This document shows positions 1 through 9,700 of a stretch of 64,000 nt of DNA, piece by piece. The notes below the pieces were generated by a model. That model was not told the origin of the DNA and did no database searches. It was given only the letters and a program-made list of their open reading frames with translations. Within the stretch, counting starts at the first letter, position 1. Every line of letters starts with the position of its first letter. A program made the translations under genes and the position numbers. The DNA comes from Promethearchaeota archaeon (lineage in GTDB: Archaea; Asgardarchaeota; Thorarchaeia; Thorarchaeales; Thorarchaeaceae), in the NCBI GenBank assembly GCA_048939765.1, contig JBHLPF010000004.1:12784-76783 (forward strand), given 5' to 3'.

Positions 1-3000
1 GTTGTCTGAGTCAGGATCACCAGGGTTAGTCCCGAGAGTTCTCAACTCTTCCAAGTTCCCAAGAGTATCATTGTCGCTGTCATAGAGTGAATCGAGGACT
101 CCATGTGTCATGTTAGTCGTCGGGTCCGTCAAAGTCAAGACAACCTCTTCCCAATCACTCAATAGATCGAGATCCGTATCATTCGATAGCGGATCAGTTC
201 CGTAGTCCTCTACCTCTTCTGCATCTTCGAGGAGATCCAGATCTGTGTCTTTGCTCAGAGGATCTGTGAAATAATCCTCCACCTCCTCTCTGTCATCAAG
301 GGAGTCCCGATCCGTATCGGCCTTTAGTGGATCAGTGCCCAGCAGAATCTCCTCACCATTTGTGAGACCTTCATCGTCCTCATCGTCATTGTAGTCCGAT
401 ATGCCATCTCCATCGGAGTCTCTATTCCTTGGGTCTGTCTTTGTAATGGTGCACTCTTGGTAATTGGTGAGAATGTCTCTGTCTTCGTCATCATCCCCGT
501 CAATCTTACCATCGCTGTCTGAGTCCTGAACATTTGGATTCGTTAGAGTTAGTGTTAGTTCCTGCTTGTTTGTGAGCTTGTCATTGTCCATGTCCCAGAG
601 GGCATCAGAGACCCCATTTCCTTGAGTGCTGAACAATAGAGGGTCGGTGAGCGTCTTGTTGTTCTCTTGAAAGTCTGTGAGTGAATCGCCGTCTGAATCT
701 TTCTTCAGAGGATTGGTGCCAATCACCACTTCTTGTGCGTCTAGGAGAAGATCAGAGTCACTGTCTTCCTTCAGGGGATCTGTAATGTAGACAAACAGCT
801 CCTGTCCGTCGCTGAGCGAGTCGTCGTCTGTATCATTGTCAAGGGGATTGGTTTCATACACTTTGATCTCATCGTAGTCATTTGCCATGTCGTTATCCGT
901 ATCTGTGTCATTGAGCAAGGTATGCCAGGTGAGAGCTTCCTCCCCGTCTTGCAAGAGATCTCCGTCTGTATCTTTTCTGTTCGGATTGCTTGAGTATCTG
1001 AATATCTCATCCCAATCGCTGAGCTGATCTTCGTCTGAGTCTATCTCAAAGGGATTCGTTTTGCTGATGAGAACTTCATATCCGTCACCGAGCATATCTC
1101 CGTCTGTATCAAAGATCGTGCAGTTCGTTTCGTACTGGTATATCTCGTCAAAGTTGTTTAGCCCATCTGCGTCTCTGTCATCTAGGTCATCTGGAATCGA
1201 ATCTCCGTCCGAGTCGCTGTTATTCGGGTCAGTATAGCTGTTGAAGAGCTCGTCACTGTCAGCGATACGATCTCCGTCGGAGTCTGGATTCAGCGGGTCT
1301 GTTTCATAGACGTAGACTTCATCGTAATCTGTGAGGGTGTCAAAGTCTGAATCTTCGTTATCAGGCTCAGTCCCATTCTCAATCTCTTCCTTGTCATTGA
1401 GCCCATCCCCATCGGCATCAGCCACAAGCGGGTCTGTATCATATAGGACCCATTCCTCCCAATCTGTAAGGCCATCCCCGTCTGTATCATTCAGCAGGGG
1501 GTCTGTGCCCACAATCTCGATTTCTCTCTTGTCATCGAGTAGGTCTCTGTCTGAATCTGCTGAATTCGGGTCAGTGCCATAGTCGTTCACTTCAGTGCCG
1601 TCGCCTAGCAAATCGCCGTCGCTGTCCCAATTCATGGGCGAAGTAAGTGACACGTATATCTCATAGTAATCAGATAGTGCATCAGAATCGCTATCGCTGC
1701 CCGTTGTGTCTGTCCCATAGACCATGTATTCAAGGTAATCGGAAACGCCGTCGTTGTCAGTGTCCTGATCTGTCGGTGATGAGCCTGCAAGATACACCTC
1801 AATTCCGTCAGGGAGTTCATCTCCGTCTGAATCTGGATCTGTTGCGTTTGAATGATAGCCGTTGAGCTCCAGTCCATTGCTCAAGCCGTCTCCATCATTA
1901 TCTAGGTCATAGTCTGACGTTCCATTCATGTTTGTGCTCCAAAGCGTAGCATCGGTTCCAAGAAGTTCTATCTCAGTATAGTCATCCAATTGATCTCCAT
2001 CTGAGTCCTGAGCAGTAGCATTTGTCCCATATCTCACAATCTCATCATAGTCACTGAGGAGATCGCCATCTGAGTCGCTGTCCAGTGGGTCTGACCCATA
2101 CGTGAGAATCTCCAAGCCATCACTGATGTTGTCATCATCAGAGTCGAGGTCTCCGGGACTTGTGTCGTAGATATAGACCTCATCACCATTTGATAGCCCG
2201 TCCCCATCGGAGTCCACAACATAATCGCTGTGTGTGCCATTTGTCATGACTAGGGTGGGATCTGTGAGTGTGACATTGACCTCTATGAAGTCGTCAAGCA
2301 GGTCTCCATCTGTGTCATTTGAGAGCGGTGAGCTTCCAAAGTCAAACACCTCCTGACCATCAAGTAGCTTGTCATCATCGGTGTCTGCTTTCAGTGGATT
2401 TGTGCCATAGTCATATTCTTCTCCATCCTCGAGTTCGTCCTCATCGGAGTCTGCATTCAACGGGTCGGTTTCCCAGGGATCAACAACGCCGTCTGCATCC
2501 ACATCTTCGCCCCTCTCGCCAAGTAGCGGCTCATAGATGCCATTTGGATTGCTGTCATTCCAGCCGTCGTAGAGGCCGTCCTCATCCGAGTCAGGATTCG
2601 TTGCATTGAGACCCACCTGAATCTCGAGGCCATCTCGAATCATATCTCCATCAGTATCCCATAGGGTGACGTTCGTGTCGTACGTCCGGAGCTCCTGCAA
2701 GTTGGTCAATCCGTCATTGTCCTGGTCATCTTGGCCATCGAGAGTCCCATCATCATCGTCATCATTGTCGTTGGGGTCTGTGTGAGTGTAATTGACCTCT
2801 TCGCCATCGGTCAGCTGGTCATCATCAGTATCTGCATCTAGAGGGTCGCATTTGTACCTGGTGTTGGGATCCGTGGCATTGTACTGGTACTCCAGCAAGT
2901 TGATGAGGTCATCACCGTCAGGGTCTTCCTCCCAGTCATAGATGCCATCGTCATTTGTGTCGTTAGACAGCGGGTCAGTTTGGCTCAGGAACACCTCGAA

Positions 3001-4555
3001 GTAGTTTGGCAGGGAATCTGCGTCACCGTCATAGTCATCATCGCGGATACCGCCATACGTGAAGGCATTAGTTGCACTTGTGTTTGTGACGTACAGCTCT
3101 ATTCCATTTGGCAGATTATCCCCATCAAAGTCCTCGTCATAATCAGATATCGAGTCGTCATCGGTGTCATCATCATTCGGGTCTGTACCTAGTTTAAAGA
3201 CTTCATCTCCATCCTTGACTTTGTCATCGTCAGAATCTGGGTCTCTTGGATGTGTAAAGGTGACATAGAGTTCGTTGTAGTTGTTTATTCCATCGAGGTC
3301 GGAGTCCTCCAAGTCGTCGGTGGTGAGATCTCCATCAGAATCGTTGTTGTTCGGGTTGGTTCTTGTGAAGTAGATTTCCTGTCCATTGGACAGATTGTCA
3401 CTGTCAAGATCCCAGTCATAGTCGTTAACTCCAGGGTTGAACGAGTTGGGGTCAGTGGGGTCAAAGCCCGCACTTAGGTACTTGATCTCATCTGGATCCT
3501 TAACACCATCAAAATCAGTATCAACTAGGGTTGCATTCGTGCCATACTGCAGGATTTCTTTCCCGTCGTCAATCGTATCTCCATCAGTGTCTCGATTATT
3601 TGGATCTGTATTGTATGCTATCTCTGCAGCATCATCAAGCGAGTCAAGATCAGAATCTGCGGAGTTGGGGTCAGTATCATAGATTAGAACTTCATCGCCG
3701 TCGGAAAGAGTATCCGCGTCAGAATCTGGATTCAACGGATCTGTGTTATAGGTATTGATTTCCTCCGCATCATCAAGATCATCAGAGTCTGAGTCTGCCA
3801 GATTGACATTTGTCCCATAGACAACGTACTCTTCGTAGTCGTTCAGCGTATCATCGTCGGAATCTGCGTCATTGGGCTTCGAACCAACGACTTTGACCTC
3901 GTCCCAATCGCTGAGATTGTCGTTGTCAGTATCTGTATCGGTTGGCGATGATTTGTATATCTTGACCTCAGCCCCGTCAAGAAGGCCGTCATCGTCGGAA
4001 TCGGGATCGAGTGGATCTGCCCCGACTTGAATCTCCTTCCAGTTTGTGAGGTTGTCCGCATCTTGGTCGTCATAGTAGTCAGAGGTGCCATCATTGTCAG
4101 AATCGACGTCATTGGGATCGGTTTCGGTCAGCCGTACTTCCTGTAGATTGGTGAGGCCATCCCCATCGTTGTCGTCCTGCGCGTCGTTAATGCCATTGTC
4201 ATTCGAGTCTGCCTCGTTGGGATCGGTCAGGGTGATGTTGTTCTCCTCATAATCGTCCAATTGATCTAGGTCGCTGTCTGCGGCATTGGGATCGGTCCCG
4301 AGATAGATCTCTTGCCAGTCTGTCAACAGATCGGAGTCGGAGTCTGGATCATTGGGGTCTGTCCCATAGGTGATGACCTCAGCAAAGTCGCTAAGTTTGT
4401 CAAAATCAGAGTCCGGCGCAAGCGGATTCGTTCCATAGTCTAGAACCTCTTCGCCATCATCTAGCTTGTCGAGATCAGAGTCTGGATTGTTGAACTGTGT
4501 GCCCTCAATGAGGGTCTCTCGAGCGTCCGCTAGGCGATCCTTGTCCTGGTCTTGA
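1..4555 (-). repeat. Protein-level tandem repeats (about 22 aa; TDP-x2-D-[ST]-D-x-D-x-L-x-D-x2-E), bacterial TSP3-like
   Basis: About 1500 codons of degenerate repeats; my rough estimate is 60-70 units. DNA copies are diverged, not identical. Confidence 0.88.
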
Positions 4556-5748
4556 CCATAGCATGCTACCTGACCCACGTTGTTGCCAGCGGCAAATTCA
4601 TCTTTGCCATTATTGTCAAGGTCACCGTAGTCCATGGCTCCAGAGAATGCAGGCACTGCGGTGCTAGAGATGAGCTTTCCAGTGGCATTGTACAATGTGA
4701 GGGTGCCATTATTACTTCCCGCAAGGACTTGTTCATTGGCCAGACCACCGACATTCAAGAAATCGATGGCAGAAACCTGTCCGCCAAGGCTCTTGTTCCA
4801 CAGGAGTGTGCCTGTATTGTCTAGGACGCGCAGCTCATTATTTGAGGTGCCAATTGCTATCTCGGCCGTTGCTGCACCAATGATGTCTGCTGCCTCAAGA
4901 GCAGTTATCCCACCGGAGACCTCCTGTGAGTACTGGAATACCCCAGCTGTGGTATAGACCCAGAGAGTTCCGTTTGCAGCACCAAAAAGGACCTCGTCTT
5001 CGCCAGCACCGTCGATGTTTCCTGTGCCGACGACTCTAATTGGTGATTGTCCGGTAACCTCAAACATGACTCCTCCGCCGTTGTCTAATAGTGAGAATCT
5101 GCCCAGCTCCGAACCCGCGAGGACCTCATCGTTCACGTCAGCGTCGATGTCAGCCGCAGCAACTACGCGTACTTGTCCATTGCTCGAGTAGCTCCAGAGT
5201 TCAGTGCCAGACACGTCATATGCGTATACTCTATTGTTGTCACAGCCAACCACAATCTCATCCAGAGAGTCGCCGTCCACATCAGCGCCCACGACTGTGC
5301 GTGCCGCATTGGGCAAGGCGACATCAGTGAGAACGTTCTGGCCTGAATCGACGACAAGAATGCCCTTGCTGGTACCAATGAGCAACTCCATCACGCTGCC
5401 GGCATTTATGGCGAGAGAGACCATGGCGTATGGCGTGTCAGTGATGTTCAACCGCCAGAGCAGCGTACTGTCGGAATCATAGAGGTATAGCGTTGCATTC
5501 TGTGTGACCACCGCAACCTCATCAAGAGGATCCGCATCGAAGTTGTCAACCACGACATCGACTAGTTGGGAACCTGTTGCTTCTGTCCATACCTCCGCGA
5601 CGTCAAACGGCGTAAGGTCTGAGAGTGCAGCCGAGCCTCCTCGTTGTAATATCGCTGTAGGTTGCATCGACGGGTTTCCTGCTACCGTCGATAGCCCAGC
5701 CAGAATCAACACAAATGCTAGTGCCAAGAGAATATGTCTGTGTCTCAT
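1..5748 (-). CDS. Giant secreted/surface protein, 3'-partial (>1916 aa): signal peptide, FG-GAP/VCBS-like beta-propeller, then a long array of TSP3-like Asp-rich Ca-binding repeats
   Basis: Not in the ORF track because there is no stop codon inside the window. Manual translation from ATG 5748 (ATGA overlap with the upstream stop) gives MRHRHILLALAFVLILAGLSTVAG, then blades such as ADVDGDSLDEIVVGCD and GDLDNNGKDEFAAG, then from about 4555 repeats such as GTDPNDPDSDSDLLTDWQEI. Frame checked at 4560, 3000, 1680 and 60; it stays open to base 1. Confidence 0.92.
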   Translation of the reverse strand, partial: MRHRHILLALAFVLILAGLSTVAGNPSMQPTAILQRGGSAALSDLTPFDVAEVWTEATGSQLVDVVVDNFDADPLDEVAVVTQNATLYLYDSDSTLLWRLNITDTPYAMVSLAINAGSVMELLIGTSKGILVVDSGQNVLTDVALPNAARTVVGADVDGDSLDEIVVGCDNNRVYAYDVSGTELWSYSSNGQVRVVAAADIDADVNDEVLAGSELGRFSLLDNGGGVMFEVTGQSPIRVVGTGNIDGAGEDEVLFGAANGTLWVYTTAGVFQYSQEVSGGITALEAADIIGAATAEIAIGTSNNELRVLDNTGTLLWNKSLGGQVSAIDFLNVGGLANEQVLAGSNNGTLTLYNATGKLISSTAVPAFSGAMDYGDLDNNGKDEFAAGNNVGQVACYGQDQDKDRLADARETLIEGTQFNNPDSDLDKLDDGEEVLDYGTNPLAPDSDFDKLSDFAEVITYGTDPNDPDSDSDLLTDWQEIYLGTDPNAADSDLDQLDDYEENNITLTDPNEADSNDNGINDAQDDNDGDGLTNLQEVRLTETDPNDVDSDNDGTSDYYDDQDADNLTNWKEIQVGADPLDPDSDDDGLLDGAEVKIYKSSPTDTDTDNDNLSDWDEVKVVGSKPNDADSDDDTLNDYEEYVVYGTNVNLADSDSDDLDDAEEINTYNTDPLNPDSDADTLSDGDEVLIYDTDPNSADSDLDSLDDAAEIAYNTDPNNRDTDGDTIDDGKEILQYGTNATLVDTDFDGVKDPDEIKYLSAGFDPTDPNSFNPGVNDYDWDLDSDNLSNGQEIYFTRTNPNNNDSDGDLTTDDLEDSDLDGINNYNELYVTFTHPRDPDSDDDKVKDGDEVFKLGTDPNDDDTDDDSISDYDEDFDGDNLPNGIELYVTNTSATNAFTYGGIRDDDYDGDADSLPNYFEVFLSQTDPLSNDTNDDGIYDWEEDPDGDDLINLLEYQYNATDPNTRYKCDPLDADTDDDQLTDGEEVNYTHTDPNDNDDDDDGTLDGQDDQDNDGLTNLQELRTYDTNVTLWDTDGDMIRDGLEIQVGLNATNPDSDEDGLYDGWNDSNPNGIYEPLLGERGEDVDADGVVDPWETDPLNADSDEDELEDGEEYDYGTNPLKADTDDDKLLDGQEVFDFGSSPLSNDTDGDLLDDFIEVNVTLTDPTLVMTNGTHSDYVVDSDGDGLSNGDEVYIYDTSPGDLDSDDDNISDGLEILTYGSDPLDSDSDGDLLSDYDEIVRYGTNATAQDSDGDQLDDYTEIELLGTDATLWSTNMNGTSDYDLDNDGDGLSNGLELNGYHSNATDPDSDGDELPDGIEVYLAGSSPTDQDTDNDGVSDYLEYMVYGTDTTGSDSDSDALSDYYEIYVSLTSPMNWDSDGDLLGDGTEVNDYGTDPNSADSDRDLLDDKREIEIVGTDPLLNDTDGDGLTDWEEWVLYDTDPLVADADGDGLNDKEEIENGTEPDNEDSDFDTLTDYDEVYVYETDPLNPDSDGDRIADSDELFNSYTDPNNSDSDGDSIPDDLDDRDADGLNNFDEIYQYETNCTIFDTDGDMLGDGYEVLISKTNPFEIDSDEDQLSDWDEIFRYSSNPNRKDTDGDLLQDGEEALTWHTLLNDTDTDNDMANDYDEIKVYETNPLDNDTDDDSLSDGQELFVYITDPLKEDSDSDLLLDAQEVVIGTNPLKKDSDGDSLTDFQENNKTLTDPLLFSTQGNGVSDALWDMDNDKLTNKQELTLTLTNPNVQDSDSDGKIDGDDDEDRDILTNYQECTITKTDPRNRDSDGDGISDYNDDEDDEGLTNGEEILLGTDPLKADTDRDSLDDREEVEDYFTDPLSKDTDLDLLEDAEEVEDYGTDPLSNDTDLDLLSDWEEVVLTLTDPTTNMTHGVLDSLYDSDNDTLGNLEELRTLGTNPGDPDSDN

Positions 5749-6740
5749 GTTACACTCTCTCCTGTCTTTGTCTTCCAAGGTTTGACCTGGAAATAATCGA
5801 AGAAGTCCGCCTCTACGACAGATATCTCTTCGAAGGGAACCTTCCTCTGATTCATCACTTTGATCAGCGGAAGTATCTGGTCACTCGGATTGTCGATGAA
5901 CAGCTTCATGGCGTTTCTACCAGCCATGGCTGTGTATTGTACACCCGGTGCAGTCGCCAACCGATCTACAACTGTCGGCGAAAGCGAGGGCAATACAACT
6001 CTGATGCTCTCTCCCTTTCCTGGGAGGGTAGAAATGAGCTCCTCGGGCGTGCCAAACTGGCTTACAAGTCCATCTTCAAGCAGACACACTCGAGTGCAGT
6101 AGTCGACAATCTCAAGGTCGTGTGAGATAATCACCATAGTTGTACCCAGCTCGAAGTTGAGCTGCTTCAGGTAGTTCAGGGTTTCATGTCTTAGGTGTGC
6201 GTCGAGACCTGTTGTGGGCTCGTCGAGCAACAGCACTGGAGGTGCATGAATCATGCCAAGGCATATCGAAACCCGTTTTCTCTCGCCACCTGATAGACGT
6301 TTTACAGCCTTGGTCATCAATTCCTCGTCAAATCCGAGGATCTCCAGAATATTGCGTGCACGTGCCTCAATCTCCTTAGGCCTCATGCCAAAGCATCTAC
6401 CAAAGAACTCCGCATTCTGTAATGCGTTGAAATCATAATATAGGCTCAGATGCTCCAACTGTGGCACATATCCTACTAGGAGGCTGATGAGTTTCTCCTG
6501 TCTTGTGACATCATATCCTCCCACGTATGCCATTCCATCTGTCGGGCTGATCTGGCCAGTCAGCACCCGAAGGACTGTCGTCTTCCCTGCTCCCGAGGCT
6601 CCAATGATGCCGAGAAACTCCTTCTTGTTAGCAAAGAATGATACGCCCTTAAGTGCGTAGAAATCTCCAAAGGCTACTTTGAGGTCCTGGATGTCAATTT
6701 CCTTCTCCGGAAGTGGCGATTCTTCTGACATCTCAGACAC
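5745..6740 (-). CDS. ABC-2/DrrA-type exporter ATP-binding protein
   Basis: Walker A GASGAGKT, signature LSGGE, Walker B LLLDEPT, H-loop ISHD, C-terminal extension. Confidence 0.93.
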   Translation of the reverse strand: MSEMSEESPLPEKEIDIQDLKVAFGDFYALKGVSFFANKKEFLGIIGASGAGKTTVLRVLTGQISPTDGMAYVGGYDVTRQEKLISLLVGYVPQLEHLSLYYDFNALQNAEFFGRCFGMRPKEIEARARNILEILGFDEELMTKAVKRLSGGERKRVSICLGMIHAPPVLLLDEPTTGLDAHLRHETLNYLKQLNFELGTTMVIISHDLEIVDYCTRVCLLEDGLVSQFGTPEELISTLPGKGESIRVVLPSLSPTVVDRLATAPGVQYTAMAGRNAMKLFIDNPSDQILPLIKVMNQRKVPFEEISVVEADFFDYFQVKPWKTKTGESVT

Positions 6741-9700
6741 CTCCCACCTTGTCGCTGACTTTTTCGAACAGTCTGCGTCCCTCTTCTACAGTGACCATCA
6801 GGCCTCTTAATGCCTCTATCTTTTGGAGGCGGTCTAAGTCCTCTCTCTGAATCAAAAGTTGGATTTGAGTAAATGCCGCCAGAAGAGTGTTCAAAGCGTT
6901 GTCTATCTCCCGGACAAGCTCCATGTCAATCTCAACAATACGCATCCTCTTGCCCCGTCGTCGTCGATTGTAGATGAGGCCTACAATCAATGCAAAGAAG
7001 ATGCTGACTGATGCTATCGCAGCCACTTGCGCCAGCGTCAGTAGCCCTCCCGGGCCTGGCGGGGGTGTAGTCACATCAGGTTCATACAATTCAAAGGTTA
7101 TTCCAGCATAGGTGTTGGCATATTCCTCCTCACCGATTATGATGAAAATCCCGTGGACAACGCCTGTTCCATTCCAGTATGTTGGGATGAATTGCGATGA
7201 ATACAGACCGTTTCCAACAAAGCCCGCGATGAAGAAAGCAAGAGTGCCATTGGGAAGCTCAAATACAATGGCAACAAATAGGTCATTCACTGGATTTCCA
7301 TAATAGTCCATGACATCGAGATTGAGATACACACTCTGCCCTGCCGGATATCGCGTCGTGTCTTCTGAGAGGCTGGCTACTCCTGTAAGTGTGTTGAGAA
7401 GCAAGTAATCATTGAGGTTGTCTAATAGGATGCTATTATTGTTCTTGACCAAGTTCTTGTTCATGAAGATTTTTGATGAGCCAAAGAGTACTAGTTCCGG
7501 TCTAGTTCTATCAAGCAGCACCACCGATTTATCCAACACTCTTGCACAGGCCAATGATTGATTCTGCATGATGAAGGTTCCTTCTCCGAGCCAAATGGAG
7601 TCCACCCCCGCACCAAGGAATGAGCTCTGGACAATATCCGTGGTGTTCTCATGCGAATGCTCTCCTTCCATTGAATAGCCAAATGGTTCAAGGAGTTTGT
7701 TTATGGCGGTCAGATTGGCGTTACCGTCCACATCTCCAAAAACGATTAGCTTGCCTCCGTCAGCAGTATAGTTCCGAAGCACGCTGACTTCCGTTCTGTT
7801 GAAATCCTCAGTAGGACTGAACATGAAGACAGCCGAGAACTGAGTCAAGAGTGCGTCGTCGAGAGGCATCCCTGGGGTTTCAACTAAATCAAGTCCTCTG
7901 GCACCCATTTCCTTCTTGAGATTCGATAGACCGGAGAATGTCGTCATTCGGAAAGAGTCCAGCAAACCTGTAAGGGACCCGAGATCGCTGAGGTCTCCAA
8001 GGCTAAAGCCGCCACTCAATAAATCGTCATTACTGGAATCATCATCCTGCATAGAAGCTGGGAAGCCTCCGATACCTCCACCAACATCACCTCCCAGGTC
8101 CAATCCGTCAGCGAGCCCTCCAAAGGACAAGCCACCCCCATGAGATGTGTCGAGCAGCATCATAGCTCTTGGGTACTCAAGTTCTCTTTCAAGAGTGATA
8201 TTGGTGGTCCAACCTTGGTCGGTCTCAATCACATAGTCGCATCGGTGATAGCCGTCTATTGTAATTGGTGGAGCAAGAAGAAATAACGAGAAGTTGTAGT
8301 ATCCTACGACATCGTCCATGCTGTTCAAGGTAGTGTTGCCCCAGTCACTTGCATTGCCATGCTTCTGCACTGTGAGGTTGCCCAAAGGTACATTGGTGGA
8401 AAGAACGAATGTGTAGAGTCCGAAGTCAGCTGGGAAATGAACGTCAAAGGGTGCAAATGGGATATCTTTCGGAAAGACCGATGTAGAGGCAATTGGGGTG
8501 ACAACAAACAGATCACGCATAATGAAATTGTCGAGGAGTCCAATTATTGCTGTTAGATCAAGACCTCCAGCAAGTAGTGAACCGGTGGATAATGAGAGCG
8601 CGTCATTGATGTTACCAGCTGTGACCCAGTATGCCGTGTTCATTCCTTTCTTTTCTGGGCTCCACTCAGCTGTCATCGTCACAGCCTGGAAGGGCTCTAC
8701 TCCGACGAATGAGAAAATGCGCCCATACAATGATGACCCATCATCCTCAGGATGTAGAATGACCAAACCAGCAGTCACATCACTGACATTCCATCCAATG
8801 TTCATCACAACAGCTCTTGACTCGTAGGTTTCTCCCAACTGCGCGATTCTGGGTATTTCTGCTTCTACAACGATGAGGTCATCTTCTGGGGCTCCTGTCG
8901 TAATAGGGTCAAGGTCCCACATCGCTCCTATGGAGGCATCCATTACAGTCCTGTTCTCTCCGAAACCCATTGCGATTGTCACATTGGCCGGTTCATTAAT
9001 TGGCAAGACACCGAAGTCCCATTTCCCTGCAAGTCCGACTGAGCCATCGAAAGTGGTCGAGCTTGTTAGATTATCATTCGACACGTGAGAAGAGATATCT
9101 GAGGAGTTTCCCACTTCGAATCCAGCTAATGGGATGCTGGAGTTCAATCCAAAGTAGAAATTGTCAAGGTTTTCATTGACACTATAGACAAAGAGCTCTT
9201 CACTGTTCAGGTCATATTTGCCATGGTCGTCTTCACTATCACCGAATATGTCAAGACTGTATGAGAGATACAGACTGACATTATCGACCGGAGCTGGCCC
9301 TAGATTGAGAATATATGGCGTGACTCTGAACGCAGTGAGTGGCTGGTTTGAATAATCAGTTAGATTATAGGACTCGACGACCAAAGCAGTGTAGATCTCA
9401 TCGTCATATGATAGTACGCCAACATAACGCGAGTAGCCATAGTTCCCTGAGCCAAGTGCCACTTGATGCATCTCGCTCTTTACTGCAAACTCCATGAGAT
9501 TAGTTGGACTTCTGTTTCCCCATCTTAGCGCGAACATGCCCATCATAATGTGTATGCTGGAGTCTTGTCCGGCTCGTGTGTCTAAGCCTGCAACTGTGGT
9601 GCCAAAGCTGCTCATCAAAAGAATAGTCGAGGCATCTGTTCCTGCTGCCGTGACAATTCCCAAAGCCAGCAATGGAGTTCCTGTGGTCCTGTTATGAGGC

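Noticed and set aside
1-4555. Repetitive DNA as a possible CRISPR array or satellite
   Set aside because: Repeats are conserved only at protein level; there are no identical direct repeats with spacers
324-5785. About 25 short ORFs on both strands in the ORF track
   Set aside because: Shadow frames of the giant minus-strand repeat gene
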